IMG/VR virus record: IMGVR_UViG_3300042541_000817
Location: 1 to 52,661 of that record
Reading direction: 5' to 3' (one strand)
Length of the DNA: 52,661 nucleotides
Source: a virus
Lineage: Duplodnaviria; Caudoviricetes
Shown: positions 24,322 through 33,344 of the stretch, piece by piece
How the letters are laid out: each line of letters starts with the position of its first letter
How positions within the stretch are numbered: the first letter of the stretch is position 1
Made by a program: the position numbers and the translations under genes
The notes under the pieces: generated by a model
Database searches by the model: none
Told to the model about the DNA's origin: nothing
Seen by the model: only the letters and a program-made list of their open reading frames with translations

Positions 24322-25141
24322 GCAAGAAGTTGTAAAAGAAGTTTTTCTTCAAGATGGTATTGGAGCACAATTATGGAGAAAACTATACTTAATGTCCTAT
24401 GCAAAATATTATAATTTGTTATTTGAAGATACACCAATTACAGATTTCTTAATTCATGAGTCTGACAAAGTACACAGTGAAGAAGAAAAAATTGAATTTA
24501 TAAATAAATTTAATACTATAATAAAAAATCCATGGGAAGGTATAGATTTTTCTAATCAAGACAATTTTGTTCTTTCCGAAAAGGTTGGACTGGGATACGA
24601 AAAACTACATCTAAATGCAGGAGTAGCCCCAGGACCCTGGCCATTTTTAGAAGTTGCCAAAGAATTTAGCACAATAGAACAAACTGAAAACAATGTAGTT
24701 ATTCACATACGAAGAGGCAATGTGATTCCAGAAAATCCAAGGTGGGTAGATGAGTCTGTCTATATAGAAATGCTAAAACAATTACCAAACTTTCTAAAGA
24801 AAATAAACTTTGTTCCAGACAGAGTAATAATTTTAACAGATGCTCCAGATTCAAACAAAAAGTTTAAGCCTATAAATCAAAATCAATTAGATAAGTGGAG
24901 ACAGCCTTATTTGCACAAAGACGAAAACAATTCTTTTGACACAATTTCCTTAAACTTTGAATTACTTAAAGATGCTTATCTAGGTATTGAAATTTTAAAT
25001 AGTTTAGATACTTACACAGCATTTACTATGATGGTGATGGCAAAAGTCTTAATAACTGGAAGATCTGCATTTAGTCAATCTGCTGGTCTGCTATCAAAAA
25101 ATACTGTTTTGTCAGTTGACAACTATAGAAGTTTCTTTTAA
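24314..25141 (+). CDS. alpha-1,2-fucosyltransferase-like glycosyltransferase (GT11/NodZ-like)
   Basis: DGIGAQ, VIHIRRGN, ILTD, SAFS motifs. Confidence 0.7.
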   Translation: MDKQEVVKEVFLQDGIGAQLWRKLYLMSYAKYYNLLFEDTPITDFLIHESDKVHSEEEKIEFINKFNTIIKNPWEGIDFSNQDNFVLSEKVGLGYEKLHLNAGVAPGPWPFLEVAKEFSTIEQTENNVVIHIRRGNVIPENPRWVDESVYIEMLKQLPNFLKKINFVPDRVIILTDAPDSNKKFKPINQNQLDKWRQPYLHKDENNSFDTISLNFELLKDAYLGIEILNSLDTYTAFTMMVMAKVLITGRSAFSQSAGLLSKNTVLSVDNYRSFF

Positions 25142-25155
25142 AGTGTGCAATAAAA

Positions 25156-25192
25156 CACCCCCAGGGATTTCTCCAAGGGGGCATTTTTTTTT
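25156..25192 (+). terminator. intrinsic terminator between convergent genes
   Basis: CCCCC..GG/CC..GGGGG hairpin plus T9. Confidence 0.7.
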
Positions 25193-25197
25193 ATATA

Positions 25198-25761
25198 TTA
25201 CTTAGGAAATTTAGCCATCCACTCTTTGGTCCTTGGGGTAATACCCTTCCATGAAGACCAGTCTTCTCCGCCCCTAGACATGTAGTATGCAATCTCAGCA
25301 TTTTTGACGGGATTGAACAATTCAGCATTAGAGTCCAAATCAAACTTATCCCTGCGGTCTGGGCCCAGTCTATCAATCATATTAATTTGGAACATTCCAT
25401 AAGAGGAGTCCCCAGTCTTATGGTTGCCATTAAACGCCAAAGGCCTACCATTAGATTCTTTCTTGGCAATGGCCCAAGCCACTACAAGATCTTGCCCCTT
25501 AAACCCTATAAGGGAAAGGAGTTGCTTTAGTTCAATGTCGGTCAGAGATGTCTTATTCTCAAAACTCTCTAGCCTTTTTGCCTTAGAAACCAAAAAAACC
25601 TCTTTCGAGGCGTTTCCTTGCTCTTGAGCCTGTTCTATGCTCAAACTATTTTTGTCACCTATTCGTGTTTCAGCATTAGCAGCGTTTGACAAAGTCGCTA
25701 CTAAAGTCAGTATGCTGAGTATGCTAATGATCTCTTTGTTTCTTTCGATAAATTTAATCAT
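25198..25761 (-). CDS. lysozyme-like lytic transglycosylase with signal peptide
   Basis: AIAKKESNG, SYGMFQINM, WSSW; N-terminal hydrophobic segment ending AANA; start moved to MIKFIE (RBS AAGGAGG). Confidence 0.85.
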   Translation of the reverse strand: MIKFIERNKEIISILSILTLVATLSNAANAETRIGDKNSLSIEQAQEQGNASKEVFLVSKAKRLESFENKTSLTDIELKQLLSLIGFKGQDLVVAWAIAKKESNGRPLAFNGNHKTGDSSYGMFQINMIDRLGPDRRDKFDLDSNAELFNPVKNAEIAYYMSRGGEDWSSWKGITPRTKEWMAKFPK

Positions 25762-25864
25762 AGTTTCCTCCTTAGAAAACAATAACACCTTGGTAGGTGT
25801 TACTACCAAGTATAACATGAAATTTATTGAAAAGTCAAGTTTATAGGGTGGTATAATAAAGATT

Positions 25865-26410
25865 ATGCCACAAGCGTCATCTAACTATCCTACTATGCAA
25901 TATCCTATTGCTTCAGATCCCGTGAATGTACACGGAGATTTTAAAGTATTAGTTGATGCTTTAAATAATATTCTTCCTCCCCTGGGATACGGCGCAGCAT
26001 ATCTTGATGTTAGAAATACTACAGGCACAGCAATTTCTCAGGGCATTCCAGTATTTATTAGTGGTAGTCTTTCTGGAAAATCATTAATTCAAAAATATGA
26101 TCCATCAAGTGTATCTCATAATCCAGATGTTCCAATTTTAGGTTTAGTAAAAAATGATATTCCAAATAATTCTAATGGTTTGGTTATTGTCTCTGGAGTT
26201 ATTCAAATGAATACAACAGGTTTGGGTTCTGCTGGAACAAAAATTTATGTAGACAATACTGGAACCCTTGTTGCGGGTCGTCCATCAACTGGTCCAGCAA
26301 GATATATAGCAGTTGTTGCTATTCAGGCAACGCTTGCTGAAGGTGGAATGCTAATTGTTCAAACAAAGGGTAACGGTACATGGGGAGCCCTTAAAGACGG
26401 GTTGTCGTGA
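25865..26410 (+). CDS. virion structural protein
   Basis: ORF track; leaderless after TGGTATAAT. Confidence 0.7.
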   Translation: MPQASSNYPTMQYPIASDPVNVHGDFKVLVDALNNILPPLGYGAAYLDVRNTTGTAISQGIPVFISGSLSGKSLIQKYDPSSVSHNPDVPILGLVKNDIPNNSNGLVIVSGVIQMNTTGLGSAGTKIYVDNTGTLVAGRPSTGPARYIAVVAIQATLAEGGMLIVQTKGNGTWGALKDGLS

Positions 26411-26422
26411 TATAATAACATT

Positions 26423-26806
26423 ATGGCTACCTTTAGAAACCAACCCACAGACTCTTATGCATTAGGTGCAGCACCTCCAGAAATTCGTTGGACTGTTGTT
26501 CGTGGAGATTCTGCAGCATTTCGTGTTTATGTAACTAACGATGCAAGAGAGCCACTGCTTCTTGATGACTGGGAAGTTGATATGGACATTCGTCGTAATG
26601 GAGCACTTATTGTTTCTTTATCTCCTCAGCCAATTGAGTTTCAAGATACAGAGGGGAGTTTCACGGTAAACATTACATCTTCTCAATCAGAACTTCTTGA
26701 GACGGGAGACATCTTTGACATCCAACTTACAGAACTTTTATCAGAGGGCAGAGTTTGGACGGTAGCCAAAGGGTCAATGGTTATCATTGAAGATGTAACA
26801 AATTAA
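26423..26806 (+). CDS. virion structural protein, paralog of 15538-15933
   Basis: WTVVRGDS...FDIQL...VWTVAKG. Confidence 0.72.
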   Translation: MATFRNQPTDSYALGAAPPEIRWTVVRGDSAAFRVYVTNDAREPLLLDDWEVDMDIRRNGALIVSLSPQPIEFQDTEGSFTVNITSSQSELLETGDIFDIQLTELLSEGRVWTVAKGSMVIIEDVTN

Positions 26807-27051
26807 TGACAACAAACCTAACCCCACTATCACAAGAGTTTTACAGAACAACACATAGGCTTGCTCACACACAAATCAAAGACCTTGATGTCAAAAGAAT
26901 AAGGATAGATCACTTCCAGCCAAAGGCTAGAGTTGAAGAGGTTTTGCCATTTAGAGTTCAGTTTATTAACGTAAGTGTGTTTGGATATTCTAAAACTAAT
27001 CCCCCGCCAATTCCGCTACAGGTAATTGGCTATAGCAACTATATTCTTTAA
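26806..27051 (+). CDS. hypothetical protein
   Basis: ORF track; TAATG coupling. Confidence 0.65.
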   Translation: MTTNLTPLSQEFYRTTHRLAHTQIKDLDVKRIRIDHFQPKARVEEVLPFRVQFINVSVFGYSKTNPPPIPLQVIGYSNYIL

Positions 27052-27084
27052 TAGTATTATTAAAAGGGGTGTTATAATTACCAC

Positions 27085-27531
27085 ATGGCGAAAATATCAA
27101 TTTCAAACGTAAAGTCTCTCTTTGAAACAGGAGATAGGCCTACTCAAGAAAATTATGAAGATTTAATTGATACCGCAACTGCCCAAGCAACAGATTTGGG
27201 TTCTTATGGTAACAATGAAAATACAATCACTGGTATTGAGAACGTAACTGTAATTGATAACTTTGATGCTACAGTTTGGCGTATGGTTAAGTATATTATT
27301 TCAATATCCAAGACCACAGCAGGGGACAACAAGTTCTATGCAACCGAACTAACAATTCTCGTTGACGGTGCAAATGTATCAGTCAGCGAATACGGAACAA
27401 TAGACAATGATGGGAATATTGGCACCATAAGCGTCTCTCGCACTGGAAATACCGTGGCTATTACAGTCACTCCAGATCCTGCGATCAAGCCAGTCACTGC
27501 ACGGTTCGCCCGTATAGGACTTAAGGCATAA
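27085..27531 (+). CDS. virion structural protein
   Basis: FETGDRPTQENYEDLIDT N-terminus; C-terminal beta domain resembles the end of 27548-29101. Confidence 0.7.
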   Translation: MAKISISNVKSLFETGDRPTQENYEDLIDTATAQATDLGSYGNNENTITGIENVTVIDNFDATVWRMVKYIISISKTTAGDNKFYATELTILVDGANVSVSEYGTIDNDGNIGTISVSRTGNTVAITVTPDPAIKPVTARFARIGLKA

Positions 27532-27547
27532 CTAAGGAGATAATAAA

Positions 27548-29101
27548 ATGGCAACAGTAGTAAAAGACTTTAAAGTAAAGAATGGTCTCATTGTCGAAGG
27601 CACAACAGCAACAGTAAACAATTTTGACGTTCTTACTAAGAAAACAGACGATCAAACATACATCGTCAATTTAATTGGTGGTACAGCCACCTCAGCAAAC
27701 GAAGCAAACAAGGTTGTAAAGCGTGATGCTTCAGGCAACTTTGCAGCAGGAACAATTACAGCAAACCTAACTGGTGCTGTAACTGGTAACGCTTCAACAG
27801 CAACAACTCTTGAAACTTCTCGTACAATTGAACTTACTGGAGATGTAACTGGTCAAGTTAACTTCAATGGTTCACAAAATGTTCAAATTTCAACAACTCT
27901 TAATGGCTCTTTTGCAACAGATGCAGAAGTTGCTACAGCAAAGGGCGAAGCAATTGATGCTGCAGCAGCATACACAGACACTCGTGAAGGTCTAATCACA
28001 ACTGCTTATCAGTCATACGCTGACACAGCAGAAGCAGATGCTAAGGCATACACAGACACTCGTGAAGGTCTAATCACAACTGCTTATCAGTCATACGCTG
28101 ACACAGCAGAAGCAGATGCAGTAACAACTGCAAACGCTTACACAGATGCTGAAATTGCAGCACTTGTAGATTCAGCACCAGAACTTCTTGATACACTCAA
28201 TGAACTGGCAGCAGCAATTGGAGACAATCCAAACTATGCAACAGATCTTGCTACATCAGTAGGAACAAAGGTTTCAAAGGCTGGCGATACAATGACTGGA
28301 CTTCTTGTCCTTTCAGCAGATCCATCAGCAAACCTTGGAGCAGCAACTAAGCAGTATGTAGATACAGCAGAATCAGACGCAAATGCATACACAGACACTC
28401 GTGAAGGTCTAATCACAACTGCTTATCAGTCATACGCTGACACAGCAGAAGCAGATGCTAAGACATATGCAGATGGTCTTGCTTCAACAATTAACGGAAC
28501 TATTGCAGCACTTGATACAGACGATGTAGCAGAAGGTTCAAACTTTTACTACACTGCTGCTCGTGCAAAGGCAGAGGCAGCAACGCTTCTTGCAAATGCA
28601 ATAAAGACAAACATTACAATTACCAAGGATGGATCAGATAATCTAACAATTACCGCAGAAAACGGTGTTGCAGATTCTTCAACTACAGACCTTGCAGAAG
28701 GAACAAACCTTTATTTTACAAATGCTCGTGCAGTAACCGCTCTTGAGGCAGTCACACCTGACTTCCCTGCAGTAGAGATTGCAAGCATTGCAAAGCAGGT
28801 AGCAGCAGAAGCATCTGTTGAAACTGCAAGCACAAACACAGCAGTGTCATGGGCCAAGGCTTCATATCGCTCTGCTGAATTCTTGGTTAAGATTGCTAAT
28901 GGATCTCACACAGATGTTTCAAAGGTTATCCTAACACTTGACACTTCAGACAATGTCGCTATCACAGAATACGCAATGGTTGGAACAAATGGTTCTCTTG
29001 GATCAGTTTCAGCAGATGTTTCTGGTAACGATGTTCGTCTTCGTGTTACAACAGCCAACAACACCTCAGTAGTAGGCGTTGTCGGAACACTTTTAAAGTA
29101 A
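27548..29101 (+). CDS. tail fibre protein
   Basis: APELLDTLNELAAAI, KAGDTMTG, AATKQYVD and LAEGTNLYFT fibre motifs. Confidence 0.82.
   Translation: MATVVKDFKVKNGLIVEGTTATVNNFDVLTKKTDDQTYIVNLIGGTATSANEANKVVKRDASGNFAAGTITANLTGAVTGNASTATTLETSRTIELTGDVTGQVNFNGSQNVQISTTLNGSFATDAEVATAKGEAIDAAAAYTDTREGLITTAYQSYADTAEADAKAYTDTREGLITTAYQSYADTAEADAVTTANAYTDAEIAALVDSAPELLDTLNELAAAIGDNPNYATDLATSVGTKVSKAGDTMTGLLVLSADPSANLGAATKQYVDTAESDANAYTDTREGLITTAYQSYADTAEADAKTYADGLASTINGTIAALDTDDVAEGSNFYYTAARAKAEAATLLANAIKTNITITKDGSDNLTITAENGVADSSTTDLAEGTNLYFTNARAVTALEAVTPDFPAVEIASIAKQVAAEASVETASTNTAVSWAKASYRSAEFLVKIANGSHTDVSKVILTLDTSDNVAITEYAMVGTNGSLGSVSADVSGNDVRLRVTTANNTSVVGVVGTLLK
27968..28458 (+). repeat. three identical ~74-bp coding repeats (AYTDTREGLITTAYQSYADTAEADA)
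   Basis: 27968-28041, 28046-28119, 28385-28458. Confidence 0.85.
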
Positions 29102-29135
29102 TAAAAAAATAAATAGTTGGAAGAAGGAGTAGTAA

Positions 29136-29585
29136 ATGGCAACAGTCAATAAGGACTTTAAAGTCAAGAATGGACTCCAGGTCGCAGGATCTGGTAGTTT
29201 TGGAGGGACTTTAACAGTCGCAGAGCCAACAGAGGCTACACATGTAGCAACTAAGGCATATGTTGACAATCGCTCAATGGCTGTTGGCAGCACTGCTCCT
29301 TCTTCACCAACTAATGGAACAATGTGGTTAGACACTCTAACAAATAGAGTGAACTTTTATTACAATGGAGTTTGGTATACCCAAGCAACTATTGATGATA
29401 CAAACAATCTTCCACAACATATTCACGATACTGCAATTGATGGAACTGGTTTCATAGTATCTCAGTTTTATGAAGGCGGATCGTTTAATAGCCCATTGGG
29501 CATAGGTTTGGATGCAGGTGGCCCCTCTACAACAGAGTGGACAGTTGTATTCGATGGCGGTAGTGTAGTAGATAACTTTAATTAA
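29136..29585 (+). CDS. tail fibre-associated protein
   Basis: KDFKVKNGL N-terminus shared with 27548; ATKAYVD; APSSPTNGTMWLD. Confidence 0.75.
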   Translation: MATVNKDFKVKNGLQVAGSGSFGGTLTVAEPTEATHVATKAYVDNRSMAVGSTAPSSPTNGTMWLDTLTNRVNFYYNGVWYTQATIDDTNNLPQHIHDTAIDGTGFIVSQFYEGGSFNSPLGIGLDAGGPSTTEWTVVFDGGSVVDNFN

Positions 29586-29640
29586 AAAATTGATGTTATA
29601 ATAAGACTAGTTCATGGGCAGACCCCATAAGGAGATATAA

Positions 29641-31191
29641 ATGGCAACAAGAATGCAACAGCGCAGAGGTACTGCAGCCCAATGGACGGCTGCCAATCCA
29701 GTATTAGCAGCAGGTGAAATCGGTTTTGAAACCGACACAAGTAAATTTAAAATGGGTAACGGGTCCTCAGCATGGACTGCTCTAACATATTTTGCTAACG
29801 CAGCAGAATTAGCAGCCATTATTGATGGTGCCCCAGATCTTCTAAATACTCTTAATGAACTAGCAGCATCCATTGGAGATGACCCAGCATTTTTAACAAC
29901 AATAGCAACAAATCTGAGCAATCACGCAACAGATACAACAGTAATTCACGGAATTGCAGATACAGCACAACTTGCAACCTTGTCTTCAGTTAATGAAGCA
30001 ATTTCTGATTCACTTGGGACACACACTGCAGACACAACCCTTGTTCATGGTATTGCCGATACTTCACTTCTTGTAACAACAGCAGATCTCAACACATCGG
30101 TTGGTACAACAGCAAGTGATGCAGCAGCAGCACTTTCTGCACATAATTCAGATACAACTCTAGTTCATGGTATTGCTGATACATCTCTTCTTGCAACTAC
30201 AGGAGATGTTGAAACAGCATCATCCGATGCAGCAGCAGCACTTTCTGCACATAATTCAGATACAACTCTAGTTCATGGTATTGCTGATACATCTCTTCTT
30301 GCAACTACAGGAGATGTTGAAACAGCATCATCCGATGCAGCAGCAGCACTTCTTGCACACGGACTATTAACTGAAAATGTTCATGGAATTTTAAATACAG
30401 CAGATCTAGCAACAACATCATTTGTTACAGACGCAGTCGAAGGCGCAGCAGTAGATCAGTCATCACTGGCTGGAACTGGAATTGACTGGAACTCTGTTGA
30501 CATTAGATTTGATATTGATTCAACTGTAGCAACTAAGACATACGCAGATGATGCAGTATCAACACACAATGACGACACAACAAATGTACACGGCATTGCA
30601 GACACATCACTTCTTGCAACAACTGCAGATGTAGCAGCAGTTACAAAAACCACTCTAGGTCTTGGAAATGTTGACAATACATCAGATGCTGACAAGCCAG
30701 TTTCAACAGCAACTGTAACAGCAATCGCAACAGCAAAGTCTGAAGCAATTGCAGAAGTAACAGCAGTTATTGATGGTGCACCAAACGCACTTAACACCCT
30801 TAACGAACTTGCTGCAGCACTTGGCGATGATGCTAACTTTGCTTCAACAGTTACAACATCACTTGCAACAAAGGTAGATTCATACACACCAATTACACAA
30901 AAGACAGCATCTTATACTCTATCAACGCTAGATCACAGAGATGATTTAATTGAAATGGGTTCAGCATCAGCACTTACATTAACAATCCCACTAAATTCAT
31001 CAATTGCTTACCCAGTTGGAACATCACTAGATATCCTTCAAACTGGTGCAGGTCAAGTAACGATTGCTGGAGCAGCAGGAGTTACCGTAAATGCAACACC
31101 AGGTCTTAAGTTGAGAACTCAGTGGTCATCTGCAACTCTTTTCAAGAGAGCAGAAAACACATGGGTTGTCTACGGCGACTTGACAGCGTAA
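29641..31191 (+). CDS. tail fibre protein with Mtd-N-like N-terminus and HGIADT repeats
   Basis: MQQRRGTAAQWTAANPVLAAGEIGFETDT; H..D...VHGIADT repeats. Confidence 0.85.
   Translation: MATRMQQRRGTAAQWTAANPVLAAGEIGFETDTSKFKMGNGSSAWTALTYFANAAELAAIIDGAPDLLNTLNELAASIGDDPAFLTTIATNLSNHATDTTVIHGIADTAQLATLSSVNEAISDSLGTHTADTTLVHGIADTSLLVTTADLNTSVGTTASDAAAALSAHNSDTTLVHGIADTSLLATTGDVETASSDAAAALSAHNSDTTLVHGIADTSLLATTGDVETASSDAAAALLAHGLLTENVHGILNTADLATTSFVTDAVEGAAVDQSSLAGTGIDWNSVDIRFDIDSTVATKTYADDAVSTHNDDTTNVHGIADTSLLATTADVAAVTKTTLGLGNVDNTSDADKPVSTATVTAIATAKSEAIAEVTAVIDGAPNALNTLNELAAALGDDANFASTVTTSLATKVDSYTPITQKTASYTLSTLDHRDDLIEMGSASALTLTIPLNSSIAYPVGTSLDILQTGAGQVTIAGAAGVTVNATPGLKLRTQWSSATLFKRAENTWVVYGDLTA
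30118..30351 (+). repeat. 108-bp (36-aa) exact tandem duplication
   Basis: units start at 30118 and 30226. Confidence 0.85.
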
Positions 31192-31223
31192 TACAAAATT
31201 CAATAAGAAATTAGGAGATACAA

Positions 31224-32096
31224 ATGGCAGCAGGTAAGAAATCAGGGAGAAAGTCCCAAGCGTCAAATGACTTTTTGGAGCCATTAAAGCCAACAATTAC
31301 TAGTGCTACAAACGTAGGAACAGGTCGTGCGTTTAATAATGGTGCAGTTACTGTTGCATTTTCTTTGCCTGCACTTTCTCCAGCAGCCACATCTTTTACA
31401 GTAACAGCAAGCACAGGACAGACAGCAACTGGAGCATCTTCTCCACTAACCGTAACTGGAATTGCTTCTTCAGCAGCACCAACATTTACAGTAACAGCAA
31501 CTAACGCAGCAGGAACCTCTGCTGCTTCTGATCCATCTGCTGCAGTAACGGTAACAACAGTTCCAGCAACTCCCTCTGCTCCTACTGCTACGACTGGAGT
31601 AGACTTAGATACAGTATCTTGGACAGCCCCTAATAATGGTGGATCTGCGATTACTTCGTATACTTGGGCGTCTTCAGATGGGAAGGGTGCAACTCTTAAT
31701 GCAACCTCTACCACTGTAGTTCAAGAAGGAAGCACTTCACAAACATATACTGTTTATGCAACAAATGCAAATGGAAACTCTTTGGTTTCTCCTGCATCTA
31801 ATTCTGTTACCACTACCCCGCCATTTTTCCCTCCATTCTTCCCACCATTCTTCCCATTCTTCCCTCCATTTTTCCCTCCATTCTTCCCATTCTTCCCACC
31901 GTTCTTCCCATTCTTCCCATTCTTCCCATTCTTCCCACCGTTCTTCCCATTCTTCCCATTCTTCCCACCATTCTTCCCGTTCTTCCCATTCTTCCCATTC
32001 TTCCCACCGTTCTTCCCATTCTTCCCATTCTTCCCACCATTTTTCCCACCACGCTTTGGAGGATGCGACTGCGTCTGTAATGGACTCTGTGTCTAA
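31224..32096 (+). CDS. two fibronectin type III domains plus C-terminal (P)PFF polymer and Cys-rich tail
   Basis: FTVTATNAAGTS, VSWTAPNNGGSAITSY, YTVYATNANGNS; 78 aa of only P/F; RFGGCDCVCNGLCV. Confidence 0.88.
   Translation: MAAGKKSGRKSQASNDFLEPLKPTITSATNVGTGRAFNNGAVTVAFSLPALSPAATSFTVTASTGQTATGASSPLTVTGIASSAAPTFTVTATNAAGTSAASDPSAAVTVTTVPATPSAPTATTGVDLDTVSWTAPNNGGSAITSYTWASSDGKGATLNATSTTVVQEGSTSQTYTVYATNANGNSLVSPASNSVTTTPPFFPPFFPPFFPFFPPFFPPFFPFFPPFFPFFPFFPFFPPFFPFFPFFPPFFPFFPFFPFFPPFFPFFPFFPPFFPPRFGGCDCVCNGLCV
31818..32051 (+). repeat. 9/12-bp coding repeat encoding 10 PPFF and 12 PFF units
   Basis: CCATTCTTC-type units with synonymous variation. Confidence 0.95.
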
Positions 32097-32131
32097 CATG
32101 GTATACTTTATTAAAATAAAAGGAGATAAAA

Positions 32132-32578
32132 ATGTATAGTGCAATAGTAAAAAATGATGATCAAACCTGGGATATATTTTTTGATTTTAATTATTATTCA
32201 ATGGTTAGGTTGTCATCCCTAAAAGAAGCATGGGATAGCGAATTGCCTATAGTTCCTATGGAAATAACTGCATACAAAAACACAGCGTTGATAGGTGCTT
32301 TCTGGGACGGATCTTCTTTTTCTGGAGGTCATGAGTTAGATGGCATACACTATAAAGCGCTACCAGATACAGTAGAGTTTTGGGAATCTCATAAAGTTTA
32401 CGGATTTTTGTGTGATAATGTTTTGATTGCTATGATAGTTACAACAAATGATACAGATTTTGCAGAACTTGTTGCTGCTGCTTTTGAAGGAGAAGTTAAA
32501 TTTATTAAGCATGAAGGGCTTCCTTTTGGCAAAAGCATTAAGTATAATACTGAAACGAGAGAGAGTTCTTTAGCATAA
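32132..32578 (+). CDS. fibre-associated accessory protein (IGAFWDGSSF motif)
   Basis: ORF track; RBS AAGGAG. Confidence 0.7.
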   Translation: MYSAIVKNDDQTWDIFFDFNYYSMVRLSSLKEAWDSELPIVPMEITAYKNTALIGAFWDGSSFSGGHELDGIHYKALPDTVEFWESHKVYGFLCDNVLIAMIVTTNDTDFAELVAAAFEGEVKFIKHEGLPFGKSIKYNTETRESSLA

Positions 32579-32630
32579 ATTATTATTTCCTATTTGTGAT
32601 ATAATATATACATAGAGTAAAGGAAAAAGT

Positions 32631-33344
32631 ATGACAATTTATGATGAAAATGAAACTCCATGGTTTACTAAAGATAGATCAGAAACATCACTAAATAGGT
32701 ATTCATCAAGGAATATCGGCAACAACATCTTAGTTGAAAATCCAGCCCTAGGAATTAATTTATACAGAAATGTATTTTCAAAAGAAGATTCTGAAAGATA
32801 TATTAAAATTCTTGAATCTAATTTAGGCGGTAATGGTAAATACAAATGGTCAGAGGCAAAAGTAACCAACTCTGATGTTCCAATTAAAAAGGCTAGAGAT
32901 GCTGTAGACTTTAGATTTAAGCAAGAAAACTTAGGTCCAAGAGACGAACACAATGCTGAACTTTTAGACTTACATGAAGAAATATATCAAAAGTTAAAGT
33001 TTTGCGTTGATGATTATGCACGGTATTGGGGAATAAATGTCATATACTATGAAGCCTTTAACTTTGTAAAATATGAAGGAGAAGGAACACACTTCAATAT
33101 TCATGCAGACCATGGACCAATGTATAACTGTACAGTGTCTGCCGTTGTCTATATAAATGAAGATTACGAGGGGGGAGAGATTAGGTTTCCGAGAATGGAT
33201 AACTACACTCATACTCCAAAAATAGGAGACATTGTTCTTTGTCCATCTAACTATATTTATGAGCATGCATCTTTGCCAATGAAAGAAGGAACTAAATATT
33301 GTGTTGTCGTAATGACAGACATTAATGAACTGGGACACAAGTAG
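32631..33344 (+). CDS. prolyl 4-hydroxylase-like 2OG-Fe(II) oxygenase
   Basis: HAD, YINEDYEGGE, HAS..GTKY. Confidence 0.88.
   Translation: MTIYDENETPWFTKDRSETSLNRYSSRNIGNNILVENPALGINLYRNVFSKEDSERYIKILESNLGGNGKYKWSEAKVTNSDVPIKKARDAVDFRFKQENLGPRDEHNAELLDLHEEIYQKLKFCVDDYARYWGINVIYYEAFNFVKYEGEGTHFNIHADHGPMYNCTVSAVVYINEDYEGGEIRFPRMDNYTHTPKIGDIVLCPSNYIYEHASLPMKEGTKYCVVVMTDINELGHK

Noticed and set aside
25762-25830. c-di-AMP (ydaO) riboswitch before the muralytic enzyme, as for actinobacterial rpfA
   Set aside because: Leader is only about 45 nt with one simple hairpin.
29641-31191. Diversity-generating retroelement suggested by the Mtd-like N-terminus
   Set aside because: No reverse transcriptase and no TR/VR pair with adenine-specific mismatches seen; internal repeats are exact.
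31737-32144. Alternative-frame ORFs over the PFF repeat (WEE-, SSH- and GRM-repeat proteins)
   Set aside because: By-products of a stop-free repeat. Variation falls at third positions of the Pro/Phe frame, which is continuous with the FN3 domains.
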